Positions 1 through 9,087 of a stretch of DNA of 64,000 nt are shown piece after piece. Every line of letters starts with the position of its first letter. Position 1 is the first letter of the stretch. The notes beneath the pieces are model-generated. The model worked only from the letters and a program-made list of their open reading frames with translations. It searched no databases and was not told the DNA's origin. Both the position numbers and the translations under genes were made by a program. Location: positions 3,375,607 through 3,439,606 of the forward strand of contig OY762555.1 of NCBI GenBank assembly GCA_963666015.1. The letters are read 5' to 3'. This stretch comes from an uncultured Sphaerochaeta sp. (GTDB lineage Bacteria > Spirochaetota > Spirochaetia > Sphaerochaetales > Sphaerochaetaceae).

Positions 1-735
1 GTACATCTGGTTGGCTTCAAGTGGTATCAGAATCTCTTTGCTGATGAGTATTTCTACCTGGCATTGAAGAACAATATGTGGATTGTCTTTGTCTCAGTGT
101 TTGGACAGATACCCCTCGGATTCTTTCTAGCCTATGTGCTGTACCGTGGGATTGTGAAGTTTGCAGATTTTTTCCAAACCATGATCTATCTTCCTACCGT
201 CATATCCACCGTTGTCATTGGTATTCTCTGGAAATCATTCTTTGCCCCCTATGGTGCATTCCCTGAACTGGTGCGGTTATTCAATCCTCAGTATGAGTAT
301 GGGATAAGCAATCACCCAATGTTGCCGGTTCTCTTTGTTATCCTGTGGATGTATACCGGTATGTATTTGATCATTTTTATTGCCAACCTGCAGAAAATTG
401 ATAGTGCTGTCATTGAAGCAGCCCGAATCGATGGTGCGACTGAGGGGCAGACACTTCGCTACGTCATTCTTCCTGCACTCTCAGGGGTATTGGTTACCAC
501 AGCGATTCTTGCTATCAGCGGATCTCTGAAGAGTTTTGACCTTATTTACGTGATGACTGCTGGGGGGCCGGCAAACCGTACCAGTGTGCTCTCCATCTAC
601 ATGTTCGACAAGGCCTTCAAGGGGGCCCCGAGATATCCTCTGGCCAATGCAATCAGTACGGTGATGGTAGTCATCAGTTTTATTCTTATTGGCTTGACCA
701 AGTGGGTTGAGAGAAAGTTCGGGGGGAGGGAATAG
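1..735 (+). CDS. carbohydrate ABC transporter permease (MalF/UgpA-like); 5' end lies outside the window
   Basis: Frame 1 is open from base 1, with no stop before the listed TTG at 64. The translation is polytopic and hydrophobic, with an EAA-type loop IEAARIDGATEGQTLRYVILP. Confidence 0.85.
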   Translation, partial: VHLVGFKWYQNLFADEYFYLALKNNMWIVFVSVFGQIPLGFFLAYVLYRGIVKFADFFQTMIYLPTVISTVVIGILWKSFFAPYGAFPELVRLFNPQYEYGISNHPMLPVLFVILWMYTGMYLIIFIANLQKIDSAVIEAARIDGATEGQTLRYVILPALSGVLVTTAILAISGSLKSFDLIYVMTAGGPANRTSVLSIYMFDKAFKGAPRYPLANAISTVMVVISFILIGLTKWVERKFGGRE

Positions 736-737
736 CC

Positions 738-1589
738 ATGCGTGATGTGAAAGATACCCGCTCAACCAGGGCAAAAATCAATCTGGGTTTGACCTACGCG
801 GTCATGATTTTCTTTACGGTCATGGCAATTTATCCTCTGCTCTGGCTTGTGATGAACTCCTTCAAGACCACTACTGAGTTCCAGTTGAATAAGCTGGGCA
901 TACCGCAAGATTGGGTTCTGATCAACTATCAGGATGCTTGGGTCAGAGGGAAATTCCCCAGTCTGATTCTCAACAGTATCATCTACACAGGTATTACCAC
1001 GGTAGCAACATTGGTGTTCTCCTTCATGGCAGGCTTTGCATTTGCAAAGATTCCCCATAAGGCTACCAAGTATATCCATGGCTCCTTTGTTATAGGGTTG
1101 CTCTTAACCCTCCAATCCATCATGGTTCCGCTCTTCCTGATCATTAACTGGGTGGGATTGTACAATTCCCGTCTCGGTGTTCTGATTCCCTATATAGGTA
1201 TAGCAATGCCAATGGGTATCTATCTTGGCACTGAGTATATCAAATCCATTCCCACTGCCTTGGTTGAGTCTGCACGTATTGATGGCGCAACCTATATGAA
1301 GATATTCATTTCAATTATTGTCCCGATGGCAGCTCCGGTTGGAGTGACGGTTGCAATCCTTACTGTTACCGGTACGTGGAATGAGTTCATGTTGATCAAT
1401 ATCCTGACCAGTAGTGATGCTCTCAAGAGCCTGCCGGTTGGAGTTCAGAAGTTTGCAGGAGCTCTGAGTAGTGACTTCGGAAAACAATTCGCTGCATTGG
1501 TGATAGGGCTGATTCCGATGTTGCTCTTCTACATGTTCTTCCGCAAGGAGATTACGAAGGGTGTAGCCGCCGGCGCTGTAAAAGGCTAA
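738..1589 (+). CDS. carbohydrate ABC transporter permease (MalG/UgpE-like)
   Basis: The ATG lies 3 nt after the upstream stop. EAA loop VESARIDGATYMKIFISIIVP and about 6 hydrophobic segments. Confidence 0.85.
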   Translation: MRDVKDTRSTRAKINLGLTYAVMIFFTVMAIYPLLWLVMNSFKTTTEFQLNKLGIPQDWVLINYQDAWVRGKFPSLILNSIIYTGITTVATLVFSFMAGFAFAKIPHKATKYIHGSFVIGLLLTLQSIMVPLFLIINWVGLYNSRLGVLIPYIGIAMPMGIYLGTEYIKSIPTALVESARIDGATYMKIFISIIVPMAAPVGVTVAILTVTGTWNEFMLINILTSSDALKSLPVGVQKFAGALSSDFGKQFAALVIGLIPMLLFYMFFRKEITKGVAAGAVKG

Positions 1590-1760
1590 CAGCTGAAACT
1601 GTTTGACAGCTGGGATTTGTGATGGTAGCATTAGTTTGTACAAAGTATGAACTAAAAATAGGGATTACTTCACACCTGCAATATGGTGTGGTGAAACAAG
1701 AACCGAGCGGATGGGGAGTCCACCCGCAGGAATGTAGGAAGAAGTCATTAGGAGGTAAAA

Positions 1761-3119
1761 ATGACTGGTTTGAAGAAAATTTCCGTTCTGGCGCTTGCGC
1801 TGTTGCTGGTGGTAACATCAGTATTTGCTCAAGGTGCCAAGGAAGATGCTAGTGCATCTGGGCAAGTAGAGCTAACCGTGTTGAACTACATTGACATGTC
1901 CGAGCCAAACAGTGCCAATGAGATCAAGATGGTTTGGGACAAGTTTGAGGAAGAAAATCCAGACATCAAGCTGGTACGTGAGGATCTGTTCAATGAGCCT
2001 TTCCACCAGAAGACCGAAGCCTATGTTGCCAGTGGCCAAGTTCCTGATGTGTTGTACATGTGGCCCAGTGGTCGTTCCACCAGCCTGCATACTACCAATA
2101 GCGTGAAAGACTTGATGCCGTTCCTTGAGAAAGATGGTCTGGTTGACGATTACAATCCAGCAACCACTGCTCCACAGTTCGCAGGATATCTTGCTGAACT
2201 TCCCAATGGTGTCACCACCACACACATGCTTTATGTGAATGCAAAGGTGCTCCGTGAGAATGGTTTTGATATTCCCAAGAGCTATGATGAGATGAAAGCT
2301 ATGGTCAAGCCCTTGAAGGCTAAAGGCATTGATTTGATCGCCATGGATAACATGGATGCTTGGGTCATGCAGAGTTGCCTCTTCTCCATGGTCGTTGGAC
2401 GTTACGGTGGAGTTGACTGGTATGACCAGCTTGCTGCTGGCAAAATCGACTTTACTGATGACTGGTTCGTGAAGTCCCTTGAGTTGATCGATGATATGTA
2501 TAGCTCTGGAATGCTGAACAGAAACAGCCTGAGCAGCCCTTACGGTTCATCACGTGGTAGTTTTGCAAGCGGAAAAGCTGCTTTCTACATTGATGGCGAC
2601 TGGTCCACTGCATCCTTCCAGACTGATATCACCACCGGCAAGGCTCTGGTCAGCCCCGAATCCCAGCAGAACGATTTCGAGCTTATGGTTATTCCCAACC
2701 TTCCTGGCGAAGTTATCAAGAACTCCAATAGTGGTGTTGTAGGAACCGGCTGGGGAATGAGTGCTAACATTCCTGCTGGCTCTGCCAAGGAAGCTGCTGC
2801 CTGGAGATTGATCAAGTACTTGCAGGGAGAGTATGTACAGACTTACCGTCTGACCACTGGTGCTTCCTTCCCCTCCAATCTCAATGTTGATGTTGAGAAG
2901 GTGGTTGAAGAAAAGAATCTTGAGCCGTTCATTGCCAAGAGAGCTGCCTACTATGCCGCTCACACCCCGATTACCCCGGTTATCGATGGTGTCTTGCACA
3001 GTGATGTCTACAATGTCATCAATACCGGTTTGCAGGAAATCGGTCTTGGAGACAAGAGTCCTATGCAGGTTGCCTCTGAAGTACAGAAAGCTTGGGACAG
3101 CTGGAAGAAGAACCAGTAA
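1761..3119 (+). CDS. extracellular sugar-binding protein of ABC transporter
   Basis: AGGAGG lies just upstream of the ATG. Signal peptide MTGLKKISVLALALLLVVTSVFAQG. Size (452 aa) and composition fit family-1 solute-binding proteins, and it follows two permease genes. Confidence 0.8.
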   Translation: MTGLKKISVLALALLLVVTSVFAQGAKEDASASGQVELTVLNYIDMSEPNSANEIKMVWDKFEEENPDIKLVREDLFNEPFHQKTEAYVASGQVPDVLYMWPSGRSTSLHTTNSVKDLMPFLEKDGLVDDYNPATTAPQFAGYLAELPNGVTTTHMLYVNAKVLRENGFDIPKSYDEMKAMVKPLKAKGIDLIAMDNMDAWVMQSCLFSMVVGRYGGVDWYDQLAAGKIDFTDDWFVKSLELIDDMYSSGMLNRNSLSSPYGSSRGSFASGKAAFYIDGDWSTASFQTDITTGKALVSPESQQNDFELMVIPNLPGEVIKNSNSGVVGTGWGMSANIPAGSAKEAAAWRLIKYLQGEYVQTYRLTTGASFPSNLNVDVEKVVEEKNLEPFIAKRAAYYAAHTPITPVIDGVLHSDVYNVINTGLQEIGLGDKSPMQVASEVQKAWDSWKKNQ

Positions 3120-3143
3120 GTACAGACAAGCATAACAATCAAT

Positions 3144-3170
3144 GGGGGAGCCGTGAGGCTCCCCTTTCTT
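3144..3170 (+). terminator. rho-independent terminator after the binding-protein gene
   Basis: GGGGAGCC-gtga-GGCTCCCC hairpin followed by TTTCTT. Confidence 0.7.
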
Positions 3171-3246
3171 GTCATTCTATCTCAGTAAGATTTAACAACA
3201 TATACAGAAAGAAGAATTTTCTTCTAGCGAGGAATAATAATTGCGC

Positions 3247-5745
3247 TTAGTGACTGCTTCCCCAAAGATCATATATCTTCAGTTGCTTCTTGAAATCTTC
3301 CAGACTGACTTCTTCTCTCGGCTTGAAGGTGACCACTTTCTGTGCAGTAGGACGGATTGCAAACAGATTGTCGCTGAATACACCACTGATGCCCTCAGCT
3401 TCCAGTGCGACCTCGAAAGCAGGATAGGTACAACTTACGGTGACGGAGAATCCTCCTGCTGTTTTTGAAACCTCACGCTTTATCCCAGGATCCTTCAGAT
3501 TGCTTCGCTTCGGTTTTTCCAGCATAAGTTGGTTCTCGATGTACAGATCATCGCTTTTCAGTTTCAGATAGATGAAGGTGTTCTCCCGATCAATCTTGCG
3601 TTTCTTATGGAGGTTGATGGTGCACATATGAGAGCTGCTTCTTGCCTTGCAGTCCATACGGTATTCCATCTTGCTCAGCTTCTTGCCTTCATAGGTACAG
3701 AACTTGACCGAAAGTTTTGCATCCTTGATCTCCTTTGGTCCATCGTTTACCACATAGACCTCTACGATGCCATCTTCCTTCATGTATGCAATCGGGAGTG
3801 AGGGGCTATAGAACCGTTTTGCTGCATAGTGAAGTAGTTTCCAGTTACCGTAGTAGTCGATTGAGGACCAGGAAGCAACTGGCCAGTTGTCATTCAGCTG
3901 CCAGTAGAGTGCTCCCATGCAGTGTGGCATGGTGGTTCTCCAGTATTCAATCGCCATCTTCATTGCTTTTGCCTGCTGTACCTGTGAGAGGTAGAGCATT
4001 TGGGCGAATGAGGAGGGGAAGCGGTAATACCTGGTGAAGTTTTCCATGATGATGGAATTCCCACGTGGATTCTTCTGGTGGTGTTCCATCACCTTGCTGG
4101 TAAGATTCCACATCTCTTCAGTTGCGTAGCTCTTCACCGTATCCAGCAGGGGAAAACTCTGGAAGCCGAACTCACTCACAAAACGCGGGTTGATGGAGTA
4201 GTATTCCTCGAAGCTTTTCCCTTCATGCCAGACTGACCAGAAGTGCATATCGCCCTTGCTGTCATCATGCCAGTTGTCCGAGTAGTCATTCTCTCCAGCA
4301 CTTGGGCTGCTTGGCCACCACTGCCTATGGGGATCAAGTTCCTTTATGACCTTTCCTACCACCCCCTCATTGAGTCGGTCGTAGTCGATGACATAGCGGA
4401 TATGATTCTTTCTGGACTCTTCGTACCAGGAGATGGCACCCAGATCCTCATTGTTCCCACACCAGAGGGCAAGGCTCGGATGATCCTTCAGCCTTGGTAC
4501 TTGGTAACGGAGCTCTGCCTCAACACTGGAGAGGAACTCAGCATTGGTTGGGTACATTGAGCAACTGAACATGCAGTCCTGCCAAACAAGCAGTCCTTTC
4601 TCATCGCAAAGATCATAGAACACCTCTTTTTCGTAGAGGCCACCCCCCCATACGCGGATCATGTTCATGTTGGCTTCAACACAGGATTGCAACAAATACT
4701 CATAACGATCGGGGGTCAACCGACTGGGGAGGGCATCAAGAGGGATCCAGTTGGTGCCTTTTGCAAAGATATCACGCCCATTGACGTTGAATACCATGGG
4801 CTTGCCGCCATCTGGTTCTGCTTCGGTGCGTAAAAGCAAGGTCCTAAAACCGATACGTTTTTCTGTTTGTTGGCTTCCTACGCTCAGTTGCAAAGGATAA
4901 AGCGTTGCCTTTCCTTCTCCGTTGGGCCACCATCGTTTTATCTGTTTACACTGAAGACGGAACTCTAACTTGTTGAGCCCTTGCTGCATGTGCACTGTCC
5001 CTTCTTGCTTTGAGCCAGCCAGCATGAGACGGCAATCAAGGCTCTGTTCCTGTTTTGCGTTGTAGATAACCCGAACTACCGCGTCCCATCGGTCTTTTCC
5101 CATCTCAATGGTATCGCAGGTTATTTCCTCGATGATGCCTTCATCAATGAAAGAGAGTTCAATTGGTTCATAGACCCCCATGGCAAGAATGCAAGGGCCC
5201 CAGTCCCACCCACTGTGACATTGGGTCTTGCGTACCAGGTTGCGATGCTTGGCACTGACAGGATATTCAGAGTAGGGGATCGGATAGGGAAGTGATTCCG
5301 CCAATGCCACGGCTTTCTTCTCAGCACTGGTGAAGGTCAGGGTGAGTATGTTTTCTCCTTCCTTAAGTTTTCCTGCCAGATCAAAACGCCAACGACGGAA
5401 CTGATTGTCCGATTTGCCTACCTCTTCACCGTTCAGGTGGATGGTGATGAAGGTGTCAGCCATCTTTAGGGTGAGTATCGCTCTTCCTTCAGTGAGCATT
5501 GACTCATCCACATCGAACCTCTTGCTCAGTACCCAGTCGTATTTTCCGACCCATTGTATGTCCAGTTCCTGCTGACCGATATAGGGGTCTGCGATCACAT
5601 CTGCTGCCAGAAGGGCTGAGTGAATATCGCCAGGGAGACTGCAAGGTAAATTCTCGTGTTCTAAGAAATATGAGCAATAGGGGGAAATTGCTTTGTTGTC
5701 CAAGGGGCTCAAACGCCAGATTCCATTCAAATTCAGTGTTTGCAT
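3247..5745 (-). CDS. beta-mannosidase (glycoside hydrolase family 2)
   Basis: 832 aa. Motifs I associate with GH2 beta-mannosidases: WWPNGEG, KGTNWIP, NMIRVWGGGLYE, VWQDCMFSC. GGAGG lies 10 nt upstream of the ATG. Confidence 0.8.
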   Translation of the reverse strand: MQTLNLNGIWRLSPLDNKAISPYCSYFLEHENLPCSLPGDIHSALLAADVIADPYIGQQELDIQWVGKYDWVLSKRFDVDESMLTEGRAILTLKMADTFITIHLNGEEVGKSDNQFRRWRFDLAGKLKEGENILTLTFTSAEKKAVALAESLPYPIPYSEYPVSAKHRNLVRKTQCHSGWDWGPCILAMGVYEPIELSFIDEGIIEEITCDTIEMGKDRWDAVVRVIYNAKQEQSLDCRLMLAGSKQEGTVHMQQGLNKLEFRLQCKQIKRWWPNGEGKATLYPLQLSVGSQQTEKRIGFRTLLLRTEAEPDGGKPMVFNVNGRDIFAKGTNWIPLDALPSRLTPDRYEYLLQSCVEANMNMIRVWGGGLYEKEVFYDLCDEKGLLVWQDCMFSCSMYPTNAEFLSSVEAELRYQVPRLKDHPSLALWCGNNEDLGAISWYEESRKNHIRYVIDYDRLNEGVVGKVIKELDPHRQWWPSSPSAGENDYSDNWHDDSKGDMHFWSVWHEGKSFEEYYSINPRFVSEFGFQSFPLLDTVKSYATEEMWNLTSKVMEHHQKNPRGNSIIMENFTRYYRFPSSFAQMLYLSQVQQAKAMKMAIEYWRTTMPHCMGALYWQLNDNWPVASWSSIDYYGNWKLLHYAAKRFYSPSLPIAYMKEDGIVEVYVVNDGPKEIKDAKLSVKFCTYEGKKLSKMEYRMDCKARSSSHMCTINLHKKRKIDRENTFIYLKLKSDDLYIENQLMLEKPKRSNLKDPGIKREVSKTAGGFSVTVSCTYPAFEVALEAEGISGVFSDNLFAIRPTAQKVVTFKPREEVSLEDFKKQLKIYDLWGSSH

Positions 5746-5897
5746 GTAGGGTAAACCTCCAAGGCTGAGTATAGCATAGACGTCTTGTAATAGGGATGGA
5801 ATTGTTGCCTGCTTCTCTTGTGGCTTGTAGATAACACTCCTATACTACAAGAGAAAAACCGAAATTATAATTGTGGGCAAGAACCAAAGGAGTTGGA

Positions 5898-7253
5898 ATG
5901 CTACAGATAAAGGCAAAAGCCAATTTGCAATGGAATCTGAAGGCTTTTATGCTGGCATCTCTCTTGACCATGCTCTTGTTGATCACAACTTATGGGCTCT
6001 ACTCAGGCTGGAAAGAGCAATACATTGAAGAAGGAAAGCATCGTGCCCAGACAGAACTTCTGAACTTGCGCAAGAACATGTTTCTACTTCTTGGCAACCA
6101 GGAGATGTTCACTACCCTCTATGGCTTGCGCCTTGAAGAGAGTTTGCAGGAAGGAATCATCCCTGATCTGGAAGATCTTCGCTCATATCTCACCGTATTG
6201 GAGAAGGATAAGCAATCCTTCAGCTTTGCTTCCCTGGCTATGGATGGCCTGGTCATCGACCAGTATCCTAAGGAGGGAGGCCGTCAGGTAGGCTTTGATC
6301 TGAAATCCCTTCCCATGTATCGCCAACATATTGAACACCTTATGAGACAGGCCTCTGTAAGTATTGACGGTCCCCTCTACCTGGATGATGGGAAACCTTA
6401 TCTGGTGTTTCGTTATCCTCTTCTGGTGGAGAACAAGCAAGCATGGGGACTGTTGAGTCTTTTCTTTGAAATGGAATCATTTCTGCTCGGAGCTGGTTTG
6501 GAAGATCTCTCCCCGCAGTATCGCTATCATTTTTCATTTTCTCACCTTGGAGGGGATGATACCTATACATGGGGAGACCCAAACCTAGGTGATTACGACC
6601 CGGCTTCATTGATCCTCTCATACTCACTCCTGACTTGGAAAATGGAAATTGCTCCTGTAGATTCATGGGACAGCGGTGAAATAGTCTTGGTCCTGTACGC
6701 GATCTTGGGGAGCTTGGTTTCCATTGGTGCAGGAGTATTGAGCTATTTCAGGCAAATCAAGCTACAAACATTCATTAATCGTTCCCATACGGACAGCCTT
6801 ACCGGACTCCTGAACAAACGGGAATTCCTTTTACAGCTACAGAATGAGCTGAAAGGGGGCTGTCCTTTCGCACTTGCATTGCTTGATATCGACAATTTTA
6901 AATTGCTCAATGATACCCATGGTCATATAAATGGAGACAAGGCACTGCTGAGGTTGGTATCAACCATGAAGGAGCGCCTGAGACGTGATGACCTGATAGG
7001 TCGTTTTGGAGGTGATGAATTCATAATTATTCTCAGGGGATGCACTCAGTGTGAGACCTGTTTTCGCATCTATGAATACATTTCTCATGTTTCAGTCCCC
7101 TTGGATGGAGACAATATTGAATTCGCAATCAGCATGGGTGTGGCTTTTTCTCCCAATGATGGCAGTACAAGCGAAGCATTGCTGGAAGTTGCAGACAAGC
7201 GGCTCTACCAAGCCAAGAGAGAGGGGAAGGGAAGAATTCTCTGCACTGACTAA
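5898..7253 (+). CDS. sensor diguanylate cyclase (periplasmic sensor domain, TM, GGDEF)
   Basis: RFGGDEF active site, with an RRDD (RxxD I-site) five residues upstream. N-terminal TM, a roughly 230-aa extracytoplasmic region, then a second TM. Start moved to ATG 5898, which is preceded by AAAGGAG. Confidence 0.85.
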   Translation: MLQIKAKANLQWNLKAFMLASLLTMLLLITTYGLYSGWKEQYIEEGKHRAQTELLNLRKNMFLLLGNQEMFTTLYGLRLEESLQEGIIPDLEDLRSYLTVLEKDKQSFSFASLAMDGLVIDQYPKEGGRQVGFDLKSLPMYRQHIEHLMRQASVSIDGPLYLDDGKPYLVFRYPLLVENKQAWGLLSLFFEMESFLLGAGLEDLSPQYRYHFSFSHLGGDDTYTWGDPNLGDYDPASLILSYSLLTWKMEIAPVDSWDSGEIVLVLYAILGSLVSIGAGVLSYFRQIKLQTFINRSHTDSLTGLLNKREFLLQLQNELKGGCPFALALLDIDNFKLLNDTHGHINGDKALLRLVSTMKERLRRDDLIGRFGGDEFIIILRGCTQCETCFRIYEYISHVSVPLDGDNIEFAISMGVAFSPNDGSTSEALLEVADKRLYQAKREGKGRILCTD

Positions 7254-7284
7254 AAACCGGATCACCATATGCGGTAATCCGGTT
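7251..7284 (-). terminator. putative terminator of pfp
   Basis: On the minus strand: AACCGGAT, a 14-nt loop, ATCCGGTT, then TTTTA. Confidence 0.45.
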
Positions 7285-7305
7285 GAATGAGATACTTTTT
7301 GTAGG

Positions 7306-8964
7306 CTATTTTGCCTGCTCCAAGGCAAGTGTGACCGTTGTCAGGTCGCACACTTCTGCAGGTCCATAGTACTGCACGGCACCTGGGTAGGTGTAGCAGG
7401 TCTCACGAGCCCAGTTGTCACGATGCGCAGCAAAGTACTGGAAGGGCTTTCCATCAAGTTCCACCAGGGCTTTCTTGATAACAGGCTTATCTTCCCCATG
7501 GCGTACCTCCATGTTCATCATCATGGTGATGGGGATACCACCAGCTTCCCACTTCCCAGCAGGTTCTGCGAGGTTGGTGACCGATGAAAGATACCCAGAG
7601 AGACCACTAGCGATCAACATGAATGCATTATAGCCAAGACTGTAGCAGTAATCTGCATCAAAGTTGGTCGGGAACGCACAACGGCCCTCATAGCCAAAGA
7701 AGTGGGTCATGGAACTGAATTTGCCAGTATAGCTACCTTCCTTCTTCATCACTGAGAGCCTCTCTTCAACCATCTGTGCAAGCAATTTGTCAGTCTCAAT
7801 CCTGGAAACTTGAACGTTCCCATGGGGATCGCGGTCCATCAGGAGCTGCTTCTGGATCTCTTCAGGAAGAATGGTAAATACCTGGGCTGCTTCCTTACTG
7901 AGTCGCTCTGCAACAAAGGAGATACGCTCACTGCTGTCAACGATCTTGTTGAATGCCTTCTCTTCCTTGGCAAGGAGATTATTGATCTGGCTAATCAAGA
8001 TCTTGATCTCAGGGATAAATTCGATCAAACCTTCAGGAATAAGTGCAACACCAAAGTTGTTCCCATCTTCTGCGCGTTTTGCAACAACCTTTGCAATGTA
8101 CTCCACAATGCTTACCAGACTCTGTCCCTTGGACTCCACCTCCTCGCTGATCAGGCAGATATTGGGTTGGGTTTCAAGCGCACATTCAAGGGCAATATGA
8201 CTGGCAGAGCGACCCATGAGTTTGATGAAGTGCCAGTATTTTTTTGCACTGTTGGCGTCTCTCTCAATGTTGCCGATCAATTCACTATAAGTTTTGGTAG
8301 CTGTATCAAATCCAAAGGAGATTTCAATGGATTCGTTTTTCAGATCCCCGTCGATTGTCTTGGGACAGCCGATGACCTGAATGCCGTGGTTCTTGGCAAG
8401 GAAGTACTCAGCCAAGACAGCTGCATTGGTGTTTGAATCATCACCACCGATGATGACCAGGGCATCAATCTCATGCTTCTTGCATACTTCAGCGCATACC
8501 TCAAACTGAGCCTCAGTCTCAAGCTTTGTTCTCCCACTTCCGATGATGTCAAAACCGCCGGTGTTGCGGAATGCAGCAAGATATTCCTCGTCAATGATCC
8601 TGTAGGAGTCTTCCAGAATACCGGAAGGGCCACCTTTGAAGCCATAGAGAGTATTCTCCGTATTAGCTGCCTTCAGTGCATCAAAAATTCCACTGATGAC
8701 ATTATGTCCACCAGGAGCCTGTCCTCCGCTCAGTATCACTCCAACGTTTCGCTTCTTGCTGATATCGGTATTATCTCCGGTTATGAACGAAACTCTCGGG
8801 AGTCCGTATGTGTTGGGAAAGAGTGCCTTGATCTGATCTGTGTCAGATTGTGCACTGGTAGCTTCTCCCTTCTTGGGGGTTACCTTGGTGATGCTCTCCC
8901 TCAGAATTGTGGGTAGCTTGGGTTGATAGGCATAACGTACTTTTTGCAAAGGGGAAATGTCCAT
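7306..8964 (-). CDS. pfp: diphosphate--fructose-6-phosphate 1-phosphotransferase (PPi-dependent phosphofructokinase, long type)
   Basis: PFK-family translation ([24 protein letters not shown]). Start placed at the internal ATG 8964 ([11 protein letters not shown]...), preceded by GAGGAG at 6-nt spacing. This removes the overlap with the neighbouring gene. Confidence 0.85.
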   Translation of the reverse strand: MDISPLQKVRYAYQPKLPTILRESITKVTPKKGEATSAQSDTDQIKALFPNTYGLPRVSFITGDNTDISKKRNVGVILSGGQAPGGHNVISGIFDALKAANTENTLYGFKGGPSGILEDSYRIIDEEYLAAFRNTGGFDIIGSGRTKLETEAQFEVCAEVCKKHEIDALVIIGGDDSNTNAAVLAEYFLAKNHGIQVIGCPKTIDGDLKNESIEISFGFDTATKTYSELIGNIERDANSAKKYWHFIKLMGRSASHIALECALETQPNICLISEEVESKGQSLVSIVEYIAKVVAKRAEDGNNFGVALIPEGLIEFIPEIKILISQINNLLAKEEKAFNKIVDSSERISFVAERLSKEAAQVFTILPEEIQKQLLMDRDPHGNVQVSRIETDKLLAQMVEERLSVMKKEGSYTGKFSSMTHFFGYEGRCAFPTNFDADYCYSLGYNAFMLIASGLSGYLSSVTNLAEPAGKWEAGGIPITMMMNMEVRHGEDKPVIKKALVELDGKPFQYFAAHRDNWARETCYTYPGAVQYYGPAEVCDLTTVTLALEQAK

Positions 8965-9087
8965 GCTGAACTCCTCTCTAATTTGGTCTCTGAATTTCTT
9001 AACCATAGAACAAAAAGGCTTCCCGTTTCAAGCATCGTCGCTTGCTCAGGTGCATTTGCTCTGCTATACAGAGAAGGGGAGGATCCA

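Noticed and set aside
1619-1852. 77-aa ORF in the permease/binding-protein intergenic region.
   Set aside because: It overlaps the well-supported start of the binding-protein gene (strong RBS, signal peptide), and its translation has no protein-like features.
8923-9087. N-terminal extension of the GH2 ORF that would overlap the pfp 5' end on the opposite strand.
   Set aside because: An internal ATG at 9088 has a GGGGAGGA RBS and begins with a typical GH2 N-terminus. pfp itself more likely starts at 8964. The overlap is an ORF-caller artefact.
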